Part shown: positions 1-14,815 of the stretch, piece after piece | Layout of the letters: each line of letters begins with the position of its first letter | Numbering within the stretch: the stretch's first letter is position 1 | From: the human T2T-CHM13v2.0 reference genome, Homo sapiens | Assembly: GCF_009914755.1 (NCBI RefSeq) | Contig: NC_060927.1 | Direction: 5' to 3' (one strand) | Length of the DNA: 64,000 nucleotides | Program-made: the position numbers and the translations under genes | The notes under the pieces: generated by a model | Seen by the model: the letters and a program-made list of their open reading frames with translations, nothing else | What the model was told of the DNA's origin: nothing | The model's database searches: none

Positions 1-540
1 GCATAATTAAATATGTAATGTGTTTATTTTAATATCAATATGTCTTTTCATACACATATTAGTAAGAGACTTGGCTGTCAGCGCCGGGCCAGATCACCAT
101 TTGCAGATGTCCACTCACGCCAGCTCCCCCACGGAACGTTTCTTATGCACCTCATCAGTTCTCTTTCTCCTTGTCTCTCTTTCTGTCTCTGTGTCTCTTT
201 GTTCTGTGTACATCTCTCTGTATGTCCCTGGCTTCCTCTCTAACACAAATTGCTCCAATAGGCCGGCACCTTTTCCTCTCCGTAAACCCCAGTTTGTAGG
301 TACACACAGGCACCCAGGCAAGGGTAGAGAAACCAAAGAGCGCTTGTTCACACTTGCTCACACAAGGACCAGCAGAGACCTAGAGCTGCATGCCACGTCT
401 TTATTATCCTTGCTGCTAGCTCCTCTGGTACAGCAGCACTGTGACAGTTTGGAATTTGAGCCTGGGCACTCTCCCCTGAGTGCATCGGTGACGTAAAGGC
501 AGGCAGGCAGGAGCAATCACAGCCTCCCGTCGCCTGTGTG
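1..540. promoter_or_regulatory. Candidate enhancer-like block, cut by the window edge
   Basis: No interspersed repeat recognised. POU/homeodomain-like GCATAATTAA at 1-10, adjacent E-boxes CATTTG-CAGATG at 99-110, TGACGTAA at 489-496, and 13 CpGs between 82 and 532. Function is inferred only. Confidence 0.35.
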
Positions 541-1808
541 TCCCAAGTGAGCCCCCTCCCCAAAGGGATGTAGGGAAGCCAGTCCATCTGCAAGGTATCT
601 GGAGTGGAGTGACAGGAAGCAGAGGATCCAGTATTATTGGAATAGATTACATGGTATGTGCTTGTCACTTCCGTTTAAAGGTAAATACAAATCTGTCTTT
701 GGCTTAGAATTCTAGCCTCCTGACCTGGGGGGTGAATATTGACTGGCAGGCTTTACCTCCCATGTAGAAAAGAGTTGCGTGCCAGGGTTATAAATTAGAG
801 CTCTGCATTGGATGGATCTTCTTAATGTTTTCTGTGGAGTGGAATTAGAACATGTTGTTTCTTTTGAGGTTGCAAAAAGCAAACAAGGATCCCTTTCCTC
901 CCAGACTAGTGGGAAGTAGACTAATTACTTGAAATCCTGTTTTATCAGCCATAAAACTGAGATGAAAGCTGGGGCAGTTATGAAGATCCTGATATATCCT
1001 AGACCACAAATTTCTATTCCTTTTCTGGAAGAGAAAAACTGCATTTTAGGTTTAGATAATTTGGTCAAATTTTTTAGGCTATCAAATGCAAAGATTAAGT
1101 TTCTAGAGTCTTGAATTTTAGCACAGAGATAGCATCACTTAACCTTCCCGAGTGAAAATTCCTGCCTTCTAGGTGGTGGGGAAGATCAAACGAGCTGTGG
1201 ATGCCAGCATACTTAATATGTGTTCAGTAGATATTAGTGACAGATTCAGTGGATATGACGGCTGAAGGCCTGGGTGGCTCTTCTGGGCTTGTTGGTTGGT
1301 TTCATTATAATGTATATGGTTGGACCTAAGATAACCCATGTTTGTGCTTCTGTGGACACTGGTGCTTTCAGGGTCTTAACTATATTGTTTTCATGGAAAC
1401 TTTGAAAGGACTCATGGCTCCAAAAGGGGCTGAAAAGTTTTGAATTTCCTTTTTTCTTTCTTTGCAAAAGATTTTACAGCTTAAGTCATGTAATTAATAA
1501 CAGGGGAGGTTAAGAGTCAAAGATTTTTCTCTTACCCTGGTCATTTTCGAAGCTGCACTTGGCATGGGTTGAAGCAAATTTGTGTCTTCTTGACCATTTA
1601 CTTTTTTTTTTAACTGAGAAAATAGATTCTATCTCTAATGAAGTAATTGTAAACAGCCTTGTTAACATATGGTACTGATTTTTTCACAGAAGCATTGTTG
1701 AAATGCATGGGAACTACCAGGTTAAAAGACATAAAAATAGACAATCTATATAGTCCAGATGGTATCTCCAAACTAGGGGATCCAAGTGGCATGAGAAACT
1801 GTCTAGAG

Positions 1809-2120
1809 CAGGAGTGGCAAACACGGCCCCCGGGCCAACACGGCCTTATGCCTCTTTTTGTATGGCCTGTGAACTAAGAATGGTGTTTTACATTTTTTAA
1901 TGTTTGAACAAATAGCTGAAGAATAGTAATATCTTGTGACATATAAAAATGGTACAAAATTCACATTTCAGTTACCATAAGTAAAGTTTTATTGGAACAC
2001 AGCCCCACTCATCCATTTACGTATTATCTATGGGTATTTTCCTGCTACAATGGCAGAAATGAGTAGTTGCCTAAGATATTTGCTGTCTGGTCCTTTACAG
2101 AAAAAGTTTGCCAATCTTTG
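1809..2120 (-). mobile_element. MER58 (MER58B-like) hAT-Charlie MITE
   Basis: TIRs CAGGAGTGGCAAAC / GTTTGCCAATCTTTG. 8-bp TSD GTCTAGAG (1801-1808) / GTCTAGAT (2121-2128). Internal sequence matches MER58. Confidence 0.9.
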
Positions 2121-2509
2121 GTCTAGATGGTGAGGAATTTTAGTTCTCCTATGTGTTAACTGATACATGATTTCGTTTTGAAGTTCAGCTTTTAACTTTC
2201 GGTTATTTTTCTTTCTACTTTTATTTTTTACTAATAAAGACAGAAGAAAACCATGGCTGGTTAGTCTCACTGCTCAGACTATGCCTTCTAATGTTTTTGA
2301 TAATAAAAGTTAAAATGCACATGCTAATTTTATTTCAAACAGTATAAGAAAGCAAAATCTCTCTCCTACATTGTCCTTTATTCCAATTCCTTTACCCAGT
2401 GTTAACATTTAATAGTTAACATTCCAAAAAATGTTTTGTTTATACTAGAATATATATTCTTTTCAAAAGCTTTTCTTAAGCTTAGTTTACTAGTAAAAAT
2501 ACTCTTAAC

Positions 2510-3703
<1,194 letters not shown>

Positions 3704-4189
3704 TGTTTTTGAAGTTTTGACTTAACTTATTAGTACCCTTTAACAGTGACTGGTTTGTTTTTTGGTTTTTGTAATTTTTAAAAGTATGATATATTTTAGC
3801 ATATTTACTGTGTTCTGCTGAAGTTACTGACCCTCAGATCATCCCCCTTGTGGTAGTGTGAACCTTCTCACATTGGTCCCTGTGTCTGTTTGGCATGACC
3901 TAGTAGTCTCTGATAGCTTTCTCTCTTTCTGGTACAACAAGATGTTTTGGATTCATCTTACACATTTCTTGCCCTGGATCTGGAATCAGCCATTTTCTTC
4001 AAGGAGTCAGTCCTGCTGCTTTTTAGTGGGAGATAGTATTTCAGAACTAAATTTTGGGTTCAGAGGTACATATCCATAAACAAACAGCTTTTTATAGTAA
4101 AAACACATACAGAAAATGCATACAGTACAACACCAATGTAGCCTCAAAAAAGAACACAGCAGAGCACCGCAGGGGATCCCTTTCTGAAC

Positions 4190-5330
<1,141 letters not shown>

Positions 5331-5354
5331 TTTTTTTTTTAAACACAAATGCTA

Positions 5355-5672
5355 TTTATTTGTTTGTTTGTTTATTTATTTTTGAGACGGAGTCTCACTC
5401 TGTCACCCAGGCTAGAGTGCAGTGGCATGATCTGAGCTCACTGTAACCTCTACCTCCCAGGTTCAAGCGATTCTCCTGCCTCAGCCTCCTGAGTAGTGGG
5501 GATTACAGACATGTGCCACCATGCCCGGCTAATTTTTTTTTTTTTTTCTAATGGTAGAGACAGGGTTTCACCATGTTGGCCAGCCTGGTCTCGAACTCCT
5601 GACCTCAAGCAATCTGCCCACCTTGGCCTCCCAAAGTGCTGGGATTACAGGCGTGAGCCACCACGCCTGGCC
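5355..5672 (-). mobile_element. AluS
   Basis: Full dimeric Alu with a (TTTG/TTTA)n tail. Confidence 0.95.
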
Positions 5673-5811
5673 ACAAGTACTTTTAAAATTTTATTGTAGG
5701 ACGTCTTCCTCCACTTTGTTGGGATATGTGGTATATAGTAAAGATTTCAAATATAGTAATTATTATTATATACTATTTAGTATTATATGCAACTTATATA
5801 TGATCTTTTAA

Positions 5812-6331
<520 letters not shown>

Positions 6332-6459
6332 TAAAATTGTGCTGCAAAAAACTCTGGTACATAATCTTGACATAATTTTGCGAGTACATCTATAAAGCAA
6401 ATTCTAAACATGGGAACTTCTGGGTCAAACAATTTGATTGTTTTAAATATTAATAGACA

Positions 6460-6900
6460 ATATTTACTCCCAGTTAATTCATGTAAAATAGCAGTTCATA
6501 CAGCCTAAATTAGGAGGTCTAACTGGCCATATTCAGAGAAATTATCTGGATATGAAGTAATTTTTTGTTAGGTCTAACCTGTATTAATGACAATATGATT
6601 ACAGTATTTTCAAAAGATTGACACTTAGCCATTCTCCATGTTTCAAAGGAATAAATGCTAATTTAGCCAAATAATAGTTTGGAGCAAATTTTGTGGGAGA
6701 GCCTGCGCTTGTGTGGAGCAAATCCCCTGTCGTGTTGTGAAATGGGCGCGGAGAAGCCTGTTCTAGTGACTGTCGATGCTCTTTGTGACAGCTAACGTGA
6801 GGGCTCTCCGGCTCCTGAGTCATCCTCCTCCCCAAATGGGGGACTGACCAGTCTTTTGGATCTCTGATTTTGTTAAAGCGGAAATGTTTTTCTCTCCCAT
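6460..6900. promoter_or_regulatory. Candidate enhancer-like block
   Basis: Repeat-free with many TAAT/ATTA cores, TCF/LEF-type TTCAAAGG near 6642, palindrome GCTAATTTAGC at 6657-6667, CTTTGTGACAG (SOX/MEIS-like) near 6781, and retained CpGs. Confidence 0.3.
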
Positions 6901-7133
6901 TCCAGTAATTCTTTGAGTATATCTGTTTTTCTTCAGATGTTTCGTGAGCACCTGTGTTCTGGGGAATAGTGAACACCGTGAGGAAGGTGGAGTGTTGACT
7001 ATGCCATCCACTGTTTGTCTTCAAGCAGATTACTGTCGCGTAGGGGAGTTGTGATGTAGTGTATTTGTATAACGGTCTTTTACCATAAGTGGGTATTACT
7101 CCCTCCAGGACATCATTTAAGTCAAGGCAGCTG

Positions 7134-7426
7134 AGACAATCACAAAAGACCACGTATTTTATGATTCCATTAATATGAACATCCCAAATAGGGAACTCTA
7201 TAGAGGCAGAAAGTAAGATCAGTGATTGTTTCAGGCAGGAGAGAGTGGGGTGATAGGGAGGTGATAGCTAAAAGATACAGGGTTTCTTTTTGAGGTAATC
7301 AAAATGTTCTAAGATTGACCATGGTGCTGGTTGCATATATCTGTGAATATATTAAAAGCCATTAAATTGTGTACTTAAATGAATTGCATGGTATGTGAAT
7401 TATGTTTCAATGAAGCTATTAAAAAA
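7134..7426 (+). mobile_element. L1MB-type 3' end fragment
   Basis: CACAAAAGACCACGTATTTTATGATTCCATT...GGTATGTGAATTATGTTTCAATGAAGCT followed by an A tail. Confidence 0.85.
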
Positions 7427-7544
7427 CATTAAAAACAAGCAAAAAATGCAGGTTTTTTTTTTTTCTCAGTTGTCTCAGTGAAGTTTTCCCTGTAGGTTTC
7501 ATAGTTACTTTAATTGAATGGATGGTAAAGAGTTGTCTGGTCTG

Positions 7545-7863
7545 GGCTAGATGCAGTGGCTCGTGCCTGTAATCCCAGCACTTTGACAGGCCAAGGAAGG
7601 TGGATTGCTTGAGCCCAGGAGTTTGTGACCAGCCTGGGCAACATATGGAGACTTTGTCTCTACAAAAATAAAATAATTAGCAGAGCATGGTGGTGGTGTG
7701 GCTGTAGCACTAGCTACTCAAGAGGCTGAGGTGGGATGATCACTTGAGCCCAGGAGTTCAAGGCTGCAGTGAGGTTTGACTGTGCCACTACATTCCAGCC
7801 TGGGCAACAGAGCAAGACCCTGTTGCTTAAATAAATAAATAAATAAATAAATAAACAAATAAA
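7545..7863 (+). mobile_element. AluJ
   Basis: J diagnostics (TTGAGCCCAGGAG in both arms, AAGGCTGCAGTGAG). (TAAA)n tail. 17-bp TSD 14/17 identical at 7528-7544 and 7869-7885. Confidence 0.95.
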
Positions 7864-8023
7864 TATTCAAGAATTCTCAGGTCTGGATGTAGGGTTAGAT
7901 GCCAGTTAGATATAAGTGAAATAGCCGGTTTACTTACCAATAGACAGGAAAGTAGTCTTTTGTGATTCCCTTCTCCACTAAATACAAATCAGTGCTACTC
8001 AGGGGCTCTTTAAAGAAGGAGTT

Positions 8024-8356
<333 letters not shown>

Positions 8357-8830
8357 GAACAGCAGCAGTAAAAAATAAATAAAGAAATAAATAAATAAAT
8401 AAATGAAGAAGTCAATCGGTACCATAAGAAAGGACAAAAACCAAAACAAACCCAAAGCAAAACCAAAAACTCCCCACAAACCAGCCTCCCCTAACCCTTT
8501 TAACTCAAAGCTTCGTAATGTCTCTGAATTTATAATTACGATTTTAAAGAGCACTGTTTCTCATGCCCCATCCCCCAACCCATTTCGGGAGTAAACCTTT
8601 TCTGTCAGGGTGAGGAGAAAGTGGGTAAAGGACTTCAGCATTTACAGTTGAGTTAGTATTTGTTGTTCTCCAAATGTGCAGGATTCAGGGCCCTCTCTTT
8701 GGTAGGTGTGTGGGAATCTATTGGTATTTATTGGGTTCTTAATGCCTGCCTGTCCTTGTGTAAGACACTCTGGCAGTACCCAGGAATACATCAACCAGCT
8801 GAGACAAACATGAAGAATAATTATTGTCCT

Positions 8831-9070
8831 AATAATAGCTAACATTTATTGATTGCTTACTATGTGCTAAGCCTCTAAATTTTAAAGTTGTTGTAAAAGC
8901 AGGAACAAAGCCTGTGACATGTACCATTGTCTTATTTAGCTCTCAGAATCACAGTGGTAGAGGCACTCTCATTATTTTACAGGTGAGGAAACTGAGATTC
9001 AGAGGGCTTAGATATCTCGTCCAGGGTCACATGGCTGGTAAATGGTAGATTCATACCCAGATCAGCCTAA
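8831..9070 (-). mobile_element. MIR
   Basis: AATAATAGCTAACATTTATTG tail and TTACAGGTGAGGAAACTGAG core. Confidence 0.85.
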
Positions 9071-10021
9071 CAGATCTGAACTTTTTCTTGTTGGGGGAGA
9101 GGGGCAATGGAATTTTTAACATTTTCATTGCACAAATAATGCAAATTAGGCAAGAAAAGCACAAAGAAGAAAATAAGAATCATCCATATTTCTACACACA
9201 GATTTGCTCATCTTTAATGTTTCTGTGTGTTTCCTTCGTTTGTGTTTTTATGCCTTCTGATTTATTTTTATATCCAGTCAATCTCTGTCAGCCCATCAGT
9301 GAAGGCCATTGCTAATTCATTAAAGACCTTGGGACTGAGGACATACAAATCATAATCAGGATATTTCATGGACTGGGGATTGTGGGTGGGGGAAGGATGC
9401 AGATCTGACAAATTCATGCTGTGGTCTAACTCAGAGAGGGTCATCTTGTCCCAAAGTGTCCCCTCAGTCTTTCTCTCCTTCCCCAATTAAGACTGTCTTG
9501 TGAAATAATTAAAAATATCTATAAAGGGGCAAATTTTGCAGCACATATAATTATAGAAATTATATAGTACAATATGGACAAATGCAGGGCTAACAGTAAT
9601 TCTTAGGGCTTTCACAGATGGGCAAGGTTGGGGGTAGGGACCGGCTGGAGGCAAAGAGAAGGCTTCCTGAGACAGAGGGGACTGGGGCTGGCTCCCACCC
9701 AGATGAAAACCTGCAAATCTCAGGGAGAAAGCTTCATGCACTATGAAAAGGTCACAAGAACCTCCAGTCCTGGGATGATGCAGGCAAGGGAAAAATCAAA
9801 TGGGACTTTCCCCATTGAGTCATCAATCATTTGCCTGGTGATTGGTGGGAGTCACCTGTGTGTTGTGCCTGTTCCCAGTGGGAGGTTAGAGCTTCATCTC
9901 TGAATTAATATCAAAAGAAGAGCTGTCTTTACAAATCAATATGCTTCTCACAAGGGGATGGCATATTTAGATGCAGAGGTTGGCATGGCGAATCGGATGG
10001 TTTGAGGGTAGTGGGGCATCT

Positions 10022-10248
10022 GGGTTAAAGGCCCTGATGTTCTACAGACTTGGGTTTGAATCTTAGCTGTGCTACTCTCAAGCGCTGTCACCTGGCAAGT
10101 TGCTTCGTCCCTCATTCGAGGAAGTGGGGCCACTGGAGCGTCTACCTCATAGGCTTACAGGTGGTTGGGAGGATTAAATGAGATGAGCACATGCAGCATT
10201 TAGTACAGTGCCTGGCATAGAATAAGTGCTCCATAGGGATTAGCTAAT
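10022..10248 (+). mobile_element. MIR
   Basis: GGGTTTGAATC B-box remnant, GAGGATTAAATGAG, ACAGTGCCTGGCA. Confidence 0.85.
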
Positions 10249-10939
10249 GTTTTATAATTCTAAAGGGGAGGAAAGATGGATATTAAGGTTGGAGAACTAT
10301 GGATCCTTCCCATTGTATTCACAAAGAAAACCATGCCATGAGGCTTTTTTGGCAAGTCACTTTAACTTTTTGGGCCTAGGTTTTCTTAACAGTGAGATGC
10401 TGGGTGGTTCTAAATGATCTTTCAAATTCTGCCCATGACTATAATCCTATGATTCTGCAGTTTTAAAGAGCATCTTAATGAATACAAAGTACTTGCCAGA
10501 ATATTTTCTTTTTTGATTCTCCCCACAACAGTAATGGGCCGATGATGATTCCTGCCATTTTCCCAGACCAGGCAGCAGAGCTGGCAGACATTTAATGACT
10601 CTCCCTCACAAGGCCATGGAGCTCGTGAGAGAGCATAAGGCCAGGTTCCCTTTACACACATGTGGTGTGTAAAACGGATGTACCTCGATTGGGCTTTTGC
10701 CCTTGTCATGGAACTGAGCCCGAAGGAGGTTCTTAGAGGAGCGGGGTGAGGATTTCAGGAGAGGTGATTCCCAGGGGAGCTTCAGGCCAGGACTGTCATA
10801 GTAGAGCAGTAATTTATGGGCTTCTGACAGCTTGAAAAGGTCATGGTGTTCTTCTTTACTTATAAATGAAAACAAAGTAATTTGGGGGTCAGGGAAAGAC
10901 GAAAGGGCTTGTGCAGACTGACCTCAAAATCCCTGGTGG

Positions 10940-11250
10940 TTATCATGTAAAAATTCGATTTGTTTGATGCAATTAGCCAAACCTGGACACTTTCTTCTCC
11001 TTCTCAAAGCAATTGGGATTCAGGGCACAGGATAAAACAGAGTTGGGGCAGGGGGCAGGGAGGAGGCGCTCTGGCAACAGTGGGAAGTCCAGATTGTTTC
11101 TATTGTGCGTGCTGATGTAATTCTTTTTCTGCAAGCCCTCTGTGGTTTATCACTTTGCCTTCATGCACCCTTCTTATAAAGCAATTACAGAATCACGGGA
11201 AAATAGGCAGTAGCAGTGTGAATCAGTGCCTTTTGGAATGGAGAACTGAT
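10940..11250. promoter_or_regulatory. Candidate conserved non-coding element
   Basis: Repeat-free. GCAATTA twice, GTAATT, CTATTGT (SOX-like), TTATAAA/TTTATC. Inference only. Confidence 0.3.
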
Positions 11251-12513
11251 ACAAACTGGGCTTCAGTTTGCAGAGGGTTGAGGAATGTCTAAGGCTCGTG
11301 GATGGGGGAAGGAGAAGTGACAAGGGATCACAGATATTGTATATTGGGCCTCTTTGGCCAGGCCCTCCAGTCCCCGAGGCCCTTCTATGCTGCTTACTGG
11401 CTGCATGAGGGCTGTGGCTGTGGCCGTCGCCGTGTCAGCTGAGCTTGTAATTTAGATGTTACCACTGCTCAACTATGAAAAGTCAGGATCAGCAGCTTTG
11501 TCCTAGTGCTGGGAGGGAGGTGTGGGCCCTGGGGGAACCGGCAGCTGGATTTAGAGTGTGACCGATTCCAGGAACCCAACAGAGCTGCACTAGGGCCCTC
11601 CTCACCTCTGTGGGTCTGAATTTGGGGTAGGGGTTCCCCAAACCAAACTGTCCAGACTTTTCTGTATTGACATTGAGTCTATAGTCATTAGTGATCAGGG
11701 TTCCGATTAATCTGTGTCCTTATTTTAGAGTAGCTTTTGGCTTAGGGTTCTGGTGACCAACTGGTCACAACCATAATTTAGCTTCTGAAAGGCCATAAGA
11801 GTCAGAATTTGTCTAACAGGAATCTCCACAGAGATCCTGCTGCATTTATAATTGGGCATTTCCTCTGCATTTACTTTTGCCCCTTGTCTCCTACTCCAAG
11901 CCACCCCCATGTGCTTGAATGTTGAAAGTTTTGGGTTGCCAGGCTCAACTTACCAGCATGGTTCCATTTCTGTGATTATTACTAACTGCATTGCATCATA
12001 CACAGAGCAAGTGGTTGGAAAATAGACCTGCGTCCTAGCAGTGGGCAAGAGACTCGACTCTCCTGAATCTCAGTGTTTTTACTTTTACCATGGGAGTTGT
12101 AAAATATCCAGCCCAGTATAACATTGGCTGGATGTAAAACAGCCTAGTATACAACATGGGCTTTGTAAAGTGAGGTGCTGTTGGAAAGTTGTTTGTAGTA
12201 AATTGTATTATTACATACTATACTTATATAGTACCAAACATTGGCCCAAAGAGTTTTATTTTGTTACTTCTTTTTGATCTCATCAACCATGCCATGCAAA
12301 AAAAGAGGCATTTTAGAAAAGAGGGAAATGGAGGCTCATGTATGTTGAGTGACGTGTCCAGGATTATTTGCTGAATAAATGTCAAAATCAGCAGTACAAC
12401 TAGGTGTCTGGAATCTTAGTCCAGTGCACCTGTCATTGTGTGCTGGGTGCAAGGCATTAAGGCTCACTGGTTGTGGTCCTAAGTGCTCCCCTGCCTTTGC
12501 CTGCTTGCCCCCC

Positions 12514-12637
12514 ATTCATTTGTTCATTGGCTATTATGAGAGCAGCTGTAAGCCAGGCCCTGTGTTAGGAATGCTGCTAACGAGGGCAACAGGGCTCTTG
12601 CTCTCTTGGAGCCTATTGTCTAGTAGGGGAGACAGAC
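12514..12637 (-). mobile_element. L2 3' end
   Basis: CATTCATTTGTTCATT...CCAGGCCCTGTGTTAGG...GTCTAGTAGGGGAGACAGAC. Confidence 0.75.
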
Positions 12638-13984
12638 TTAAAAAAATATTATGGCGTCAATTGATTCTCTTTATTTTCTGCATCCTGTGAATGCACAAGG
12701 GCCCAGAGTGGAGAGAGACTTGGTCCCCTCATCTTGGGCTTTGTCTTACTTTCTCTTTCCTTCTAGAAAGTTGTGAGTCAGTTCTTTAGATGGGTGCGTC
12801 AGGGTTCTGCCTTCCTGTATTTGAGGCTTTGTGTACTTGGTAGTTGGAGATGATGGACGTTGCATTTGTGTGGGCTGAAGAGAATTAAGGAAGAAACGAG
12901 GCAGGGAAGTTTCTCCGAGGAGGCACATTTTGAACCCGCTGTTAACGATTATGGCAGTGGCCCTTTGGAGGCAGCTGCCTCTCTTGCTGACTGTCATGAC
13001 CCAACCATGGCAATTTTCACTGAGACTGCACCTTCTGTTTGTGATGTTTTAGTTCAGGTTTACATTATCTGAGTAGAACTGGGAATGACAAGGCTATGAG
13101 GTCCTGCCTATGCCCCTCTAACATCGTTTCCCCACCAGAAGTTTTCTCCTGAGGATGTATTAAATGCCGACTACTTCCTTGGAATTGCTGGATAGCCTTT
13201 CCAGCGTGAGCAATGGGGACAGCTCCAGAAGAGTGGCACATCAGGCCAGGGAGGATTATCCCAGATTTTACAGCTGGGTAGGTGGAAGGCAGGTCTGGCT
13301 TGTCCCCACTTCCATCAAGGAGTAGAGGTGATTTGCAAATTTCTCTGTGGTTTGGTTTACTTCTTTCTCTTGGTCCTTTGATTCTTTCCGCCTTCGTCTT
13401 TCCTTTTTCTTTCTCTTTGCACCTTTCTCCCCTGAAAGATCACTTGGCAGAATGGTTAGAAAGTACTACCTTTGTGGCTTAGTTGATGGTGCACAAAATA
13501 ACTGAAGAAGAAAACATACCTTGGCTTTGCAGATTGTATCCTTCTGGAGAGCTGAATTTTCCAGAGTGCTAAAGCTGAATTGTATCCATTGTAAGCAACA
13601 AAGCTTTTTTTTTTTTTTTTTTTTTTAAATTATCTTTAAAGAATCCATTTTAAAAGGAAATTCTCTGAAAATACATTACACATTTAACTACCTTCAGAAG
13701 CAGCCGGCTGAGAACTTAACCCGACATTCTCTCCATCATGCCGGGTCACTGTTAGGAACATCCAAGATTCTGCTGTGCTCGAGTGATGGTGCCTTCAGGT
13801 TGCTTGCCCCTGCAGGTGGTGGCTCCAGAGTCTTAGACTTCTCTGGTTCTTCTTTCTTTTCCTGTCCCATCTGGATCCCCCAAACCCTGACCCCTCAGAC
13901 TGTTAGGTATTATTTCTGCTTGTATTATCTCTCCCTTTCTGATTTGTGTGTTAAGAAACAAGACAGCAATTTATTTAGAAATAT

Positions 13985-14140
13985 AAGAACAGCATCTGCC
14001 ATGTAGTGGTTCTTATTGTAGATACTGCAATAGTTTGCATAAACGTTCCCATTTAACGTCCACACAGATCTGTGAGGTGAGCAGCATTGTGATCCTTATT
14101 TTACAGAGGCAGACGCTGAGTGGTAGAGAAGATGACCACA
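13985..14140 (-). mobile_element. MIR fragment
   Basis: CATTTAACGTCCACA...ATTTTACAGAGGCAGACGCTGAG. Confidence 0.6.
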
Positions 14141-14659
14141 TATTCTCCTTGCCTGGAATACAGGAAATGAATTCAACATTCATTCATTGGGGACTTCTAT
14201 TGTACTTGTTAGATATCATTAGTTAAAAATAATTGATGTTGAGGGTGTTGAGCAGTAACAGAAGAGTTAAAAAATAGAATATTCTCATAGTCTGGTTATG
14301 TACAGGGCTTCACAAATCTTTGTGTTGTTTTACAGCACTTAGCGGGCCTTAAGAATGAGAGAAACAGTCTGCAAATTAAATCACAATGCAGATGCCATCT
14401 TCTCACTGCTACTGTGGGGTTTAGCTCTACAGATCAGAGGATGGCTGAGTATAGTAGGCATTTTCTTTTTGTCACGTACTGATGTCACAATACTTTGTGT
14501 TCTTTTATGTGGTCTAATTGCTTCAAACTTGAATGTGCTTTCATTTAAATCCATTTATGTTGCTTTTGTCAAATGGGAATGATTTCCATATGAATTTGAA
14601 TTTACATACTCATAGGCCCTTGAGACCGTGTGGATATAGTGAACCCAACTCTTGGTAGA

Positions 14660-14815
14660 CTTGGGCTCTATTTTTGCCTCAGCCACTGACTTGTTGACTT
14701 GCTGAAGGGCCTTGAACAGAAATGATTACTTTTCTGGACTTAACACTCCTCAGCTGTAAAATGAGGTAGGAAATCTGATGTGATTTCTAGTTGGGGACAT
14801 TCTAGAAGATTCCAT
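14660..14815 (+). mobile_element. MIR/MIR3 fragment
   Basis: GCCACTGACTTG...CTCAGCTGTAAAATGAGG. Confidence 0.6.

Noticed and set aside
20-496. 158-aa ORF
   Set aside because: Non-ATG start, runs through a TC-rich low-complexity tract, no recognisable domain.
6599-7153. 184-aa minus-strand ORF
   Set aside because: Starts within an L1 fragment at a non-ATG codon, no homology recognised.
13805-13825. CTCF-like CCTGCAGGTGGTGGC
   Set aside because: Two mismatches to the core; expected by chance in 64 kb.
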